Source: Podarcis filfolensis
Taxonomy: Eukaryota
Reading direction: 5' to 3' (one strand)
DNA length: 64,000 nucleotides
Assembly (NCBI GenBank): GCA_964270895.1
Contig: OZ185437.1
This document shows, piece after piece, positions 37,310 to 50,409 of this stretch (the stretch's first letter is position 1; each line of letters opens with the position of its first letter). Under the pieces are notes generated by a model that made no database searches, was not told the origin of the DNA, and was given only the letters and a program-made list of their open reading frames with translations. Position numbers and translations under genes: made by a program.

Positions 37310-39186
37310 TAAGCCATACAACCAGGAAACCTTTTTTATCCTTTGTCCTTTAAATCAATTTATTTTTATCCACTACATTATTTTCTTTTCCCATTGTTCT
37401 GAAACCACAAAGGAACAGAAAGGAAGGAATTCTGATGGCATGTAAGAATGGGGCAACTTCAGGAGAAAGTTGCATGTTGCTCAGCACACCTGCCTTGGTA
37501 CCACATTCAGTTAATTTAGCTGCATTTCAGCGTCTGCTCCCCAAAATCTTTCACTTACCTTTCCCCTCATCACTTTAATTTTTCTCCTATACTTCAGATT
37601 GCCAACATCATTGGCTGGAGGCCATCACACCTGCCCATTCCATTCCTCCACCAAACTCTCTCTTTCCCCATCTTCTACCTGCTTAGCTTGTAGCAATCAA
37701 GATTTAGAGGCAGCCTGTTCCATGTCAATCAGCTCGTACCATCAGGAAGTCCTTCCTAATGTGCAGGCAAAGCCCCCTTTCTTGCTGTTTGAACCCTACC
37801 CTAGAGCAACACAACACCTCTTTGCTTCCTCACCTGTGTGAGTGACAGCTGGTTTCCTTTGCCCCATGAGCTGCCCCAGTGGCACGCAGGGCAAGATGCC
37901 TTGGGTTTGCTCCCAAAGTCCCTAGTTTGAAGACTCTGGGCCCTTATAACAGTGCCATGAAGGACTATCCTACAACTGCTCACAGTAAGCAAACATCCAT
38001 ACAAGCCTTTTGGAGCCGATATCCCAAAATAAACCCAAAACCTCTCCCAACAGTTTCTCTTGTACACAACTATTGCCCTTCCTTCATACTCACCTGTGGC
38101 ACAGAGTGATTTCCTGTTCTTGCCAGGTCCTCTCTCTGGACTGGCTTACCTGTGCTGTTGTGTAACATAGGGTGTTTCTGCTGAAAATCTCAGCTGTTGC
38201 TGCCAAATTTTATTCATGCGTTTACACGCAGGCTATTTCTCATGGGCTGTCTTTTATTACATTTGCAAAAACAGTGACAACTACCTTCCATTCTCTAGTC
38301 TGAAGCAACCGGAAACAATGAGTAAATTCTTTATACCACATCTGCAGCACATAATCTAACCGAACTTTCCCAGCCAAATTACTAAAGGATATTGATCGAA
38401 TCAAATGTTCATTTGCTGACATCTAATGGCAATTTAAAGTATTGCAAGGAGTCAAAAGCAACAACCCCTCTCCTGTGTACAAATCAATTTTAATATTAAA
38501 TATTTCATTTTTATGTTTTTATAACTGTAGTTTAGTTAATTTTATTTTTGTAAGTAACTGGTCTTTTATCTACAAATAACTAAAATTATCTTCTCTGTGG
38601 TAATTTCTTTTTTTATAAAGTGATGCTATGTTGACAAATCGAACCATCATTCTTATCCTATAAATGAACGTATGAAGGATATTTTCCAGGTTTCAAAACT
38701 CATATTAGTGAAACAAGGCATGCAAAGTCTTTCTTTAGTATTACTTGGGGTAAAAATTAAGCTAATTTTATGAAATGCCTATACCAGGTAAAAACCAATA
38801 GTTGCCCTCAAAGGGATGGAAGGAATGTTGTGATGGAGGGACCTCTGGAAACCTAGAAAATTGCTCGCCCTTTGGCAGAGAGCAGTCCAGGAAAGGAGGG
38901 GGGCCAGGAGACAGAGATGAGGCAGGCTGCTGATGAATCCAGGGGGGTCTCCCCCTCCTGCTGAGACCAGTTCCCCTCCACCACTGGTCTCCCAGAACAC
39001 ACAGAGAAATGAAGAGGGCAGAGCAAAGAGAGAGAAGATGAAGGAGGCTTGTGCTGCTGGGGAAGGACCCAGGGGAGAAGCCTTCGCAAGGGGAGGGGAG
39101 GTAAGGCAATTTTCGCAGTTTTTGTAACTGCCTCATTGAGGCAAGACTTACTGGAAAAAGTTGGTGTGATCACTAGGACTGAGCTA

Positions 39187-39427
39187 CAGTGGTACCTCTA
39201 GTTACGAACTTAATTCGTTCCGGAGGTCCGTTCTTAACCTGAAACTGCTCTTAACTAGAGGCGTGCTTTCGCTAATGGGGCCTCTTGCTGCCACTGTGCC
39301 GCCAGCACACAATTTCCGTTCTCATCCTGGGGCAAAGTTCTCAACTTGAGGTAACTCTTCCAGATTAGTGGCGTTTGTAACCTGAAGCGTTTGTAACCTG
39401 GGGGGTTTGCAACTCGAGGTAACACTG
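39187..39427. mobile_element. Tc1/mariner MITE, same family as 8123-8364
   Basis: TA|CAGTGGTACCTC ... GAGGTAACACTG|TA. Confidence 0.86.
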
Positions 39428-40225
39428 TACTTTGTTTCTTTGAATAAAGAGTTAATTTCACTGACACCTTGTGAGTTACTGCTGACTTGCTCCCGCTCCT
39501 GACAGTAGACTAATGAAAACACGACTTGTTTGGGGCTCTGAAATGTGCTGCGTGGCAATGTCTGTTTCTCTCTGGAGATCTAATGTTGGAGCAGTACGAT
39601 TTGGCTGTCCACTTGGAGTGCTTAAGCTGTGCCACCACCTATGCTCAACTTGTACATTTGTAAATAAACAGCATAAACCTCCAGGGACCTCCTACCAAAG
39701 AAAACCAAACCTGAGTAAGTGAACTTCTCACCGCCCAAGGATGTGGGAAGAGCACAAGAATGGGGGGAATTAACTACAGCGCTAAGGGAGGTATGTGTAC
39801 GGCGAACAAGTTTCGCTTGCACAACAGGACTTGTCCCCCTCTCCTCCCCTGTATATCCTCTGTGCATGCCCTAAACCTGTTCTGGGAGTTCCCCCAAGCC
39901 TCCGGAGCAGATTTAGAGGGCAGAGGAAGAGGAGGAGGAGGAGGTGGAGAAGTATTAGCTGCCCAATGCTGCACAGCATGTTTTACTGTCATATTTTAAA
40001 ACCATTCTTCATTTGCTTCTACTGACTACAAGGCACAACATTACACCACTCCTTGTTATCATTCATTCTGTTTTAAGAAGCAATGAAGATTTTCAAATTA
40101 ACAAACCGGATACTCCAGTGGTGAGGACCAACCGTAAGACAAAAAGGCAACCGTTTCCCTTCTCTTTCTTTCACCCATTCGCTTTCTCCCTAAGCACATC
40201 TCTCTGTCCATACAGCTGAACTGAC

Positions 40226-40366
40226 CATTCAAGGGTTGGGCTAAGCATCGCAGATCAGTTGGTGTGACATCCAGCATCTCACAGACAGCACCACAGATGG
40301 TAACGGAAGTATTTCCTGGAGAGAATCCAGTCCCATGTATGTGTATTTCTCCACCACCTAGGCAAC
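40226..40366 (-). CDS. PKHD1: PKHD1 exon 33 equivalent (141 bp)
   Basis: CLGGGEIHIHGTGFSPGNTSVTICGAVCEMLDVTPTDLRCLAQPLN; ccttcaag|GT ... AATG|gtcagt. Confidence 0.94.
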
Positions 40367-41338
40367 CTTGAAGGAAAAAACAGAAAATTTGCATTGAGCT
40401 AAATAATTGCCAGTTGCTGAGATCTTCTTGTTAACATCAGTCAATCCAGAAATATGAAATACCCAGCCATTGGAGATAGTCGATGAAGATACAGGCAGCT
40501 CTTGTGCCATCCATATATCCACAAGGAAAGCAAGGCAGCTATTCAAGATAGAAAGCCCACAACCATACAGAGGTGGTTACACACAAAAAGAGTATACAAC
40601 AGATAAGCTCTTGAACAGGTTACAGAAAGCTTCACCATAGCCTCAGAATACAAGGCAGTGACTAAATACCCCATTAGTATCCAAAGAGGTTTTTTAGTTC
40701 AGCGCCTGCAGAGTTATGTGTTTCTACAATATATTGCTATTAATGAGCTATACTAAAGTCCTGTGATACCCTTCATTTAACAGTTAATACATTGTTTCGC
40801 TGGCCATTTGCTATTAACATAGCATACCTCTGAATGTGCCCAGAGTAAAGCAAGACACACAGAGAGAAAAAGAGAGGTGGTAAAGATCAGGTACTGGAGT
40901 TTGGGCATTTCTTCCAAAGTCAATAATGGATTTCTGAAACTTGAGAATTTGCAAGAGTCTCTGCTGCAGGAAGCAAACTGCTCAAGATTTGCTTTAGAGT
41001 ATTTCCTGAGACAATAGAAAAGCAGGAAAGCCTGTTCATTTACTGCAAGTCAGAAGGCTTTCAGCAGAAAGAGTATTAAACCTGAGAGCATTGGGATGTA
41101 TGCTTTAAGCAAGGAGCACACGTTTCTTGTAAGACAAGCTCCACACTTTCTCTTTACCAGGAAAAAGATTTTTTAAAGCAGAGGTAACAAGTAGTCTCAC
41201 AATTAAAGCAGGAACCCATTGACGGCAGCCCATGAGTTCTCATATCTATGTTGTTATAATATATTGCCATTGTCCTGTGTCTGCATTCCACGCCGCTCCA
41301 ACAAGGTCAAAATAATATTATCTTGAAAGCCTGCTTAC

Positions 41339-42967
41339 CAAAGCCGTTGTTCACAGACATAACCATCAGGACAGAAGGGAACACCAAATGGGAGGAAGCC
41401 AAGCCTTGGAGGGCATCTCCGCCTGTGACGTTATACTCCCCAGCGGAAAGCTGAGGGAGTGTGCAGCTCAAAGTTGTGTTGTTGCCAACAACATTGGCAC
41501 AGGGAGAGCCTCCAATGAAAACATACATGTCTTCTGTCCGCCGGATCCGTGACACCCTGATTGTCAGATGCTGATTCACAGAAGGTAGACGGGAAAGAAA
41601 GACAGGTGTGGAATCTTCGCTGTAGTTTATTTCCCCAATATGGTACGAGGCGCCATCTATGTTCAGCTGCACTGTGGCAACCCCAGTGCCTGGAGGGGTG
41701 AGGCACTGAAGAGCCCAGTATGTGACACTGGTAAGGGGACAGTGGAGCTCTCCTATGAGAATGGAGGTCTCGTTCCTGCCTCGTAATGCTAGGCCGTCGA
41801 GTGTGAGAAGGCCTCTGCCGTTGACGCTGAAATTCTGGGGGTAAAATTGGAGGACGTGGGGAACAACTCTGAAAATGCTGGCACCTTTCTGCCTCAGGCA
41901 CGCTTGACCCCAGCTTCTGCTCAGCACAGAAATGCTGTGTTCTCCAGCGTCAAGGCTGCCTGCCTGGCACTTGATCCAGGTTTCATTCAAAGCTGTGACA
42001 TTGCAAGGGAGATGACCATCCACCTCTATCAAGGTTTCATCCCCTGCTCTATCTAACCGCTGGCCTCTGATCAACAAGTAAGCGAGCCTCCCATTCCACG
42101 TTATGGTCACGGCATCAATAACAAGGGTCAGGTCTTCAAGAAGATGAAGTGAGCAGCCCCCCAGGCAGTGGCTAGTGATCCCATTCACAGTCACTGTGAC
42201 GCTAAGGACTTGAGATGCACCACGCAGCTGCCAGTCATTCAGAACAGGGTCACCTGGGGAAAGGGCGCATTTTATGAGGCTGTCGTTTGAACTCTGGATC
42301 TCACAGGTGAAGTTGCCTGTTAGATTCACCCAAGCTGAATTTGTCCACGATTTTAAAGAAACGCCAGATATGGTGAGCAACTGCCCCCCACATATGGAGC
42401 CATGAGACGGAAAAATCATCTTTATCAGGGGGCGTACCGTTACATGCTGCATCTCTGCTGGTATGTTGGCATAGCCCGCCTGCTTCTGCAGAATTCTTAA
42501 AAGATACTGTCCAGGTTCTAGTGTGCTTAGGGGTACAGAGCACTGAAAGCCAACTGCAGAATGGTTGGTGTTCTCCACCTCAAGCTGGCATTCCTCATCT
42601 CCCAGCATAGCCACTGAAATGGTCACATTGGTCCCTTTTATGCTCAGCCGTACACTATCATTCAGCATTTCTACTCTAATATCTGTAATATCTGGAGTCA
42701 AAGACATTTTGTAAAGAAAGTTAACGTTCTCCTTTGAGAAACTCAAGGCAGGTGTGTCCACAGATGACCTGTTGCCTATGAGCACCTCCACTTGCGCTGG
42801 AAAGTCTTCTAAGGTGGCATTGGCTAGCTGAGTGACAGGTGGAGTCTGACACAAAATCCTCCCATCGTTCACGCTGGTAATGGGACAAAACTGTGAGTCT
42901 ACCAAGACTGAGACCATGTCTGGGCTGTTGCTAAAGCCTGTTCCAGAGATTGTGAGCAATGTCCCAC
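41339..42967 (-). CDS. PKHD1: PKHD1 giant exon 32 equivalent (1629 bp, tandem IPT/TIG domains)
   Basis: Stop-free 543-codon exon GTLLTISGTGFS...IFPSHGSICGG...FYPQNFSVNG...SVNNGF; ttcctag|GT ... TTTG|gtaagc. Confidence 0.96.
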
Positions 42968-43291
42968 CTAGGAAACAGATAATAAAATCTCAGTGCACTA
43001 AAACCAAACTTACAAAGTCTAATGTTACATTTAGGCTTAGGCAGTGTAGAACTATGCAAATGAGAACTGAGTTAGTTCCCAAACAGCTACCATTGCATTT
43101 TATGGGACACACTAAATGGGCTGCAATTTGGGATACAGTTGGGGAGCGGGGAATCTGTCCCCTGCCATGCACACAAGGTTCAACAACAGCACTGTATAAC
43201 TTTAGCTCCTACTCCAACAATGGGTGTCATCTATCTGTGATCCTTGACAGTCTTACTGCACAAACATGTATGATGCATTGATAGCATTTAC

Positions 43292-43359
43292 CCAGCAAGG
43301 AACCACAACATGGCTCCATTTTGAAGATCTCTGTGACGTACTGGATTAATAGCTCCACT
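43292..43359 (-). CDS. PKHD1: PKHD1 exon 31 equivalent (68 bp)
   Basis: VELLIQYVTEIFKMEPCCGSLL; ttttctag|A ... CTGG|gtaaat. Confidence 0.93.
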
Positions 43360-43622
43360 CTAGAAAAAAAAGAGAGACCCATATACAATTCAGTTGTCTA
43401 TTTTTTCTTATATGCAAAGAGTCTTATTTCTGTGTTTGATAAGATTGAATTTCATTTTCCTCCATGTTGGACTAATGCACATGGCAGCTGTGATTTACAT
43501 GATCTTTGGAGGCCTTTTGCCATCTTTTTTGGACAAGTCACAAACTGCTGCATGTAGGTGCTTCCAAGTGATCCCTGCTGGGCTGAAGACCCAACAGCCC
43601 TGTACATTCTGGCAGCAAACTA

Positions 43623-43886
43623 CAGTGGTACCTCGCAAAACGAATGCCTCGGAAGACGAAAAACTCGCAAGATGAAAGAGTTCTTCGTTTTTTGGGTTGC
43701 TTCGCAAGACGATTTTCCCTATGGGCTTGCTTCGCAAGATGAAAACGTCTTGCGAGTTTGTTTCCTTTTTTCTTAAAACCGCTTGAAGCGGTGCAGTTGC
43801 GACCGACTGTGCTTCGCAAGACGAAAAACCGCGCAAGACGAAAAGACTCGCGGAACGAATTAATTTCATCTTGCGAGGCACCACTG
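43623..43886. mobile_element. Tc1/mariner MITE (CpG-rich, young)
   Basis: TA|CAGTGGTACCTCGCAA ... TTGCGAGGCACCACTG|TA. Confidence 0.88.
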
Positions 43887-44497
43887 TACATGGAGGCCAC
43901 TAAGGGCTCGCCCAAACTTCCACTTGCCTCATGCTTCCGCTGGGAAAACATGGTGTTTTCTGCTGGATGGAAACAAACGGCAATCTGTAGAAAACCCAAC
44001 TGACGTTTGTTCCGATTCCACAGTTTTTCCAGAGAAAGTGGTGGGACAATGAAAAACTGCTCAGACTCTTACCTAGAAAGCACAAGTCAAGCAGAAAACC
44101 TCTCAGTCCCATACTTTCTAGGCAGAAGACTAGCAAGTGTGGACAAGCCCTGGCTGTCTGGAGGCTTTAAATTTTTACTTTGAGCTCATCTTCTTACTGT
44201 TTGAGAAGAACCTGTTCGAATAATTTTTAGTTCTTCAGTCTAAAGAATTAAAATAATTTACCACAGCCCATACATATATGTTTGTGTGTATGCGTACACA
44301 CACACACCTGCAACCATGATATTAAACCCTTCATAATAGTTTGATCAGCAAGAAAACACTAAAACATTTTTAAATAATACCCAAACAACATAGATCTCTC
44401 GTGTCAACAAATATTCATTGGTAGGGATTATACTACAGTCTCATTTTTTATCATTCCCTTAAAAGAATCCACAGTAAATTACATTATATTTGCTTAC

Positions 44498-44693
44498 CCG
44501 CTAGTGCCTAGTGAGACGTTATTGAAAATGACAGAAAAGCTGTATAATCCATTTGTCAGAGAAGGCAGTACCACACTGATTCCGTGATCTGATAGTGCTT
44601 GGATTTGTCCCACAGACTCCTGAATTCTGAACTGCACGTCCAGACAGGTATAATTGGTGAGGGATGATATTCCTATGTGGAGCACCTGACCCC
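44498..44693 (-). CDS. PKHD1: PKHD1 exon 30 equivalent (196 bp)
   Basis: GQVLHIGISSLTNYTCLDVQFRIQE...VVLPSLTNGLYSFSVIFNNVSLGTS; ctctgcag|GG ... GG|gtaagc. Confidence 0.92.
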
Positions 44694-44789
44694 CTGCAGA
44701 GAATGAAAGACAACTTGCAGACGCTGCTATTAATACAGTGAAAAGCATGAGCTACTCCCGTAACAAATGCCGCTGTAATAATCTTAAAC

Positions 44790-45030
44790 GGAGTTCAGTT
44801 TTATAAGAACAGCCCTGCTGGAGCAAATCAAAGGCCCATCTAGTGCAGCCTCCCATTCTCACACTGGCCAACCAAATGTTTCTGGGAAGCTCACAAGCAG
44901 GACATGAGCACAAGAGACCTCTGCCCACCTGTGATTCCCAGCCACAGATATTCAAAGGCAGTGGAAGAAGGCATTGTGGTTGCTTGGGGCAGGCGCCTGT
45001 TTCCCCACTGACATACATAAGCACCAGGAG
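44790..45030 (-). mobile_element. CR1 3' end fragment
   Basis: ATAAGAACAGCCCTGCTGGA...GGCCCATCTAGTGCAGC...TGGCCAACCAAATG. Confidence 0.7.
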
Positions 45031-45250
45031 CAGTTTGTTTATATGAATCACCAATGCATCTGAGCTGCTGTGTCCTCTTACTGCACTGCTTAGAACCACT
45101 TCTAAAACATGTCATGTGCAGCCAGTGACATTTTAAAATACCTAAGCATTGGAAAAATGGGAGAAGAGGAAGAGGAAGGAGAAGGAGAAGAAGGAGAAGG
45201 AGAAGAAAACAACAACAACAACAATGTTCAGGGATTTTTGCCCCTTTTAC

Positions 45251-45386
45251 CTGCTGTGCTGCTTCTGTTTCTGCTCAGTGACAAAATGAGTGGATTTAGT
45301 GATGGATCATATGTGAATGCATTGGCAAAGACCACAGGCTCGTGCTCATTAACCAGCATGAGATGGGCAGTATAGTCTTCTCCACT
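45251..45386 (-). CDS. PKHD1: PKHD1 exon 29 equivalent (136 bp)
   Basis: SGEDYTAHLMLVNEHEPVVFANAFTYDPSLNPLILSLSRNRSSTA; ccttctag|AGT ... GCAG|gtaaaa. Confidence 0.92.
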
Positions 45387-46067
45387 CTAGAAGGAACGAA
45401 CAGAAAATGAGTAACCGTAGGGACTGTGCACTAGTAAGCCATTTCCTCCAGGGAAAATGAAATGTAGTTTGAGGTAACATGCAGGTGTCGATTCGTGCTT
45501 TTACACTACATGACAGCCACTCATCCCTCCTGTAATAAGGATCCTGTTGCTCCTAAACCATTGTACAGGGGCATTCAACTGGGTAATTGCATGAATGCTT
45601 GCACAATGGGACGTTCACCTCTCTCCTGGCCTCATGCACAACCTGCGCTATCCCCAGATGGCGAGTTGGGGGCAAATGTCAGATTTAGGGCACCAGGGGG
45701 GTGTCATTGTGGAAGCAGAAGTCATTCAGCTCGCACAATTATTTAGTTGAATACTTTGCAAAGGGACCTACTTCTGAGCAGAAATGTATATCATTGTACA
45801 ATAAGTTAAATAGGCAATGACTTACTAATAAGCCTCTGATTTTTAGCTCCTGCACAGCATTTGCCATGAGGTGGGGGATACCTTAACATCCACCTGTACT
45901 TCTTGTGCAATAGTATTTGCTGAAAATAACTTATAGAGAATAACTGAACTCAGATGAACCCACCACAGGAATAATGCATGCAATGCATGTTGTACAAGGG
46001 AAAGTTGGAGGGGAGGGCTTAGATGAATTTTGCCTTCTCTTGCAACAAAAATGAAGGTATTACTTAC

Positions 46068-46198
46068 CCGAGGAGGAAGCCTGCATTCAATTTTCATTGA
46101 ATTGCTGGTATCAGCATTAATTGGACAGGGTTGGGAACCAAATTGCACCAAGATTATCCCATCTAAGCCGGAACCCGTAATGATTACTGGAATACCTC
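46068..46198 (-). CDS. PKHD1: PKHD1 exon 28 equivalent (131 bp)
   Basis: GIPVIITGSGLDGIILVQFGSQPCPINADTSNSMKIECRLPPR; ttttatag|GA ... CGG|gtaagt. Confidence 0.94.
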
Positions 46199-46789
46199 CT
46201 ATAAAAACCAGGATTTCATTACAGCAAACATGCAGGAATGTCATTTGCAAAACCATTCATACGTGTGCCACTGCTATAATAGTACATGTTTTAAAAGATT
46301 AGGAGGATCTGAAAATTTGGATTCTTTTCTTTACCTCTGCCTTTGTCTTCCATATGCCCATGGTCCTAAACCTCAGGTAGTTTCAAGACAGCCTCCTAAT
46401 TTGTTTGTGGGGAGGTTAGACAATGTCGGCTTTTTATTGTGCTTTCATTCTGATTTGTTTGTAGAGAGGTTAGACAACACTGACAAATGTTATTCCACAT
46501 TTTCCAGTGCCATTTTGTGTCGCTTTCCTCATCACAAAAAGTGCAATTTGGGGGGTGGGGAGTAGATTTGTTGTGCAAGAGCTCCAAATCAACTTTTAAT
46601 TGTCTAGCCTGAGTATGCTGGTTGGTGACTGAATCCCATCAAAATTAGCATCAGTCTGGAACTGCCCTCAGTTTGCCATCTCCTAGCCGGGATATTCAGA
46701 GAGGCTTTTAAAGGAAACTTGAAAGCAAAAAAAATTAACCTTAAATGGACCTAGGTTATTCCAAAGGTTTTAAAGCATCTGTTCAATCT

Positions 46790-47930
46790 CTCTTAGCTAG
46801 AGTATCATCAACTCTTTGAGACATTCAGACAGGACCAAGGAGCACTCTAAATTTGAAATAGACCTGTTAAATAATGACACCAAGATTATCTCTAGGATAT
46901 ACCGACTGCACCTTGACTGAGAAGTCAAGGAGGAGGAGGTGAAGGCAGTAATGATCAAGTGGGTGCAGGATATTGGACGTCCTATTATGATCAGAGAATG
47001 GGAAACACTCTGGAAAACTAACATGAACTTTAGTGCATGTTACACCATTAAAGAAAATATGATGAAAATTCGGTGGTACCTTACACCATCAAAACTCTCC
47101 AAGATGTATAAAAATAGTTTGAATAAGTGTTGGAAGTGCGGAGAAAAAGTAGGAGATTTTTACCATATGTGGTGGACATGCAGAAAAGTCAAGCACTTTT
47201 GGAATATTGTTTATGATGAGATGAAAAAAATGTTTAAATTAATATTCTTAAAGAAACCAGAAGCTTTTCCATTGGGAATTTTAGGCAGAGATATCCCGAA
47301 AAATATAAGAGAACTCTTTTTATATGCAACAGCGGCCGCCCGTCTACCAATAGCATCTAACTGGAAGGGTGGAAAGATACCAATGCTAACGGAATGGCAA
47401 AATAAATTATTAGACTATGTGGAAATGGTTCAATTAACAGATAGGTTAAGAGGTAACACAAAACAATCATTTTCTCAAAAATGGAAAATGTTTAAGAGGC
47501 ACACACACAAAAATAACAGTGACATATTATCTATAGCAGTGTTTGAATGACCCTTGTGGCCGTAAAATATTAAGAAATAAAGAAAAATTGGTACGATATG
47601 TTGTAAGAAAGTATTAGAAAGTATATTAAATGTAAGGTAATAATTATAAGTACATACAAAATCATAAAGGTCAACAATATTGAGAAATGATGGGAAGTCT
47701 ACATTTATTTTATTTTACTTTATTTTGTTACATGTTACTTTATTTTATGTAATATTATTTGATCTTAACTTAGTTGAAATCTAAGCGGAACTAGAAGTTT
47801 AAATTAACACCGTATGGTAAATTAATTTAAGATTTTTTTTTCTTTGTATGTATGTGTATGTGGGAAGTTAAATCTGTAATGATATTAATGAATTTCAATA
47901 AAGAATTATTATTTTTTCACAAAAAAATAA
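46790..47930 (+). mobile_element. L1-clade LINE 3' end (ORF2 C-terminus and 3' UTR)
   Basis: ORF 46939-47550 with CWKCGEKVGDFYHMWWTC zinc-knuckle motif; AT-rich 3' UTR ending AATAAA plus A-run. Confidence 0.88.
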
Positions 47931-48058
47931 CATCACTAGATCTCTCCCTGCTTCTTTGTTTTCCAGCCTTTGCAGCTGGAAGAAGAGCAGTTGAAGTAAA
48001 CATGTGTAAAACCGGCTCTATGATATGCTTACAGAAAGTGCAAGCGAATCATACACAC

Positions 48059-48337
48059 CAATTTCTGAAGCGGTAGGAGGTTCAACAGAAGTCAATCTAG
48101 GTGTAATCCTCAGGAAGATGTCACCTTTTCTACTGGCATTGACTGCAAATCCATGGGGTCTCACCAGTACTGTCAGTTTATACAAGCCAACCGGCAACAA
48201 GTTCATCTGGCAAACAGCATTAGTGTGATTTGAACTCAGGACTTCACAGCGTGTGTGGTTCACTTCTATGAGCAGAGAACTACTATTTGAACTCAGGCCA
48301 GAACCTGTGATATTAATGACTATATGAACTCCATCAT
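48059..48337 (-). CDS. PKHD1: PKHD1 exon 27 equivalent (279 bp, IPT/TIG)
   Basis: DGVHIVINITGSGLSSN...CEVLSSNHTNAVCQMNLLPVGLY...PRLTSVEPPTASEI; ctttcag|AT ... ATTG|gtgtgt. Confidence 0.93.
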
Positions 48338-48479
48338 CTGAAAGAATAAGTTCAGAGTTATACTACAAAGCAAAGTATCAATAACATATCATTTTTATTA
48401 TTAAAATAAATCTCAAGATTTTACCATTTCTTTCTTACAAAAAAGAGAGAGAGAGAAATGGGATCGTCCTCAGAAGGTG

Positions 48480-49200
48480 GTCCTTCTTGCGAATGGGCCC
48501 CTGGACACACCCCTGACTAAGTAGATTCCGTTTCTAGGTCTAAGTTTCATTTCTCTAAATAGACATCATGGGTCACAGCCAATCAGGAAAGTGGTGGGGG
48601 TGGTTAAGGAATTATATAAGCATCAGCGCAAGAGTGCCCTAGGCACTTGATTGGCACTGCTGAACACCTGCCCTCCTGCCCTTAGTGTAGGTTCTCGTCC
48701 TTGCTTTGGAGTTTATGTGAGTCGCCTGTCTTGGGACAGCGGCCGGGTAGGAATTTTTATCCATTTGGCAAATTGGCACTGGCCACTTGGTTTTTTGCCT
48801 ACCCCCTTAGCAATCGTCACAACTTTCCAGGTTTGGCGGTTAGGCATTGGCTTAATTTTGTGTGTGGAGGGGAGGTATGGCCCTCACCTGCCCCTCAATG
48901 ATCAAAAGGGATTCCGTTAAAGGAATCTGTGGGTCCCAGATCTCGTCCGAAGTCCGCTTGAAGGGCTAGGGCCATCACAGGAACCTCGCGGTAAGCTTCT
49001 GTCAGGCAAAACCCCAATGTTGCTGCTCCAATGGGTTTACCTACATAGACTCTGTCAACTGGGGCAGTAGTCCGTTACAGACTTCAGGCAGTGCCTATGG
49101 CAATAGCACTCACATTTAATTTGCAATCAATAAAGTTGTGGCCTTAATGTTGCCCATCAACCTTAATTCTGTGTCTGTGTGTAGTTATTTCATGGGGGGC
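48480..49200 (+). mobile_element. LTR/DIRS-Ngaro-like repeat, copy 4
   Basis: CCAATCAG...TTATATAAG promoter-like part; blocks shared with copy 3; AATAAAGTTGTGGCC; boundaries approximate. Confidence 0.6.
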
Positions 49201-49249
49201 TGGCTTGGGGCCTCAAGATGCAAAAAAAAAAAAAACCAGATAAAGTTAG

Positions 49250-49480
49250 GAGGTGGTCATGCAGAACCACTTCCAGTGATAGGACCAGGACCACTGGATA
49301 AGGTGAACCTGATGCACATCTCCTGGAGATGGTCCAGGAAGATACTGTGCTGAATGGCAGCAAAAGCTGGGAGATTAAGCAGAAATTGCAAGGGTATGCC
49401 CAGCTATCCATCTCCTGGGTAAAGGCTATCCCACCAGGGCAACAAAAGCAAGTTTGGTCACAAACTCTGGCCTGAATACA
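49250..49480 (-). mobile_element. L2 RT fragment
   Basis: HSIFLDHLQEM resembles L2 RT 'DHxILLxRL'. Confidence 0.45.
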
Positions 49481-49791
49481 GTTTGGAATGTTTGTAGATA
49501 AATGATTTCCTTCAAGAAATGTCTGCAGCTGCTCAAAGGGAGGACAATTTCAACTCAGGGTGTGGTTATTTCTTTTTGGGAAGAGACTACTCTACTGCCT
49601 CCTTCAAAGTGGCAGGTCCTATCCCTTCATGCAAAGGTATGTTCATCACCAAAGCTTGGAGCCCCCCCTCACCTCAGCTAGCTTTAATGAGTGATGAAGG
49701 CTGATTCCACAATCAAAAGAACCATGACATCAAAGATATTAAAAGAAATACTATAAGAAAGGTTATTAGAGGAAAAAACTTATAGCATTAC

Positions 49792-49897
49792 CTATAAAGT
49801 ATTCAACATTACTGACCAAAGGGGTGAATTCCCAGAGATATTGAAATGTACATGAACCGGAACAGTTTGCTGGAACATCATTCACTGTAACCACAAC
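49792..49897 (-). CDS. PKHD1: PKHD1 exon 26 equivalent (106 bp)
   Basis: [35 protein letters not shown]; tttctag|GTT ... ATAG|gtaatg. Confidence 0.93.
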
Positions 49898-50286
49898 CTA
49901 GAAAGTCAAAGGAAATTATTAGACAATTCTTTGTCATTTGTTTGATGAAAGAATTCATTTTTTTAATGGAAGCTTCTAAGTGCATTCTACTGAATGTGCA
50001 GAGATAACTCCTCCTGATAAGAAACACAGATGGTTAGAAGCCCCCTTCAGATCTTCTCACTTAAAGCAAGAAAGTTAGGTGTGGCCTAGGGGAACCCAGA
50101 AGGGCACACACCCCCGCCGCCTCCCCAGTTGGAGATCTCACGTGTTTTTTGGATGCCTGAAGGACGCTCTAGTGTCTACCAATTTTCACAAAATGAGAAT
50201 ATCCACAGCAAGGTAATTCATGGTCAGTTCTGTGATACGTTAAAACACTCAACGTTCATGAGATATGGTGTCTGTCCACTTCATAC

Positions 50287-50409
50287 CTGTGTAAAGTTAT
50301 TTGGGGTAGCAAGCATGTCTCCAAATATTGGACCAATAAAAACACCACCATCAAATACTACACGGTGTGTAATAGCTGGGCGCAAACCAGTGAGGTTTTC
50401 AGCAGACAC
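50287..50409 (-). CDS. PKHD1: PKHD1 exon 25 equivalent (123 bp)
   Basis: [41 protein letters not shown]; ttcaag|GTG ... CAG|gtatga. Confidence 0.95.
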
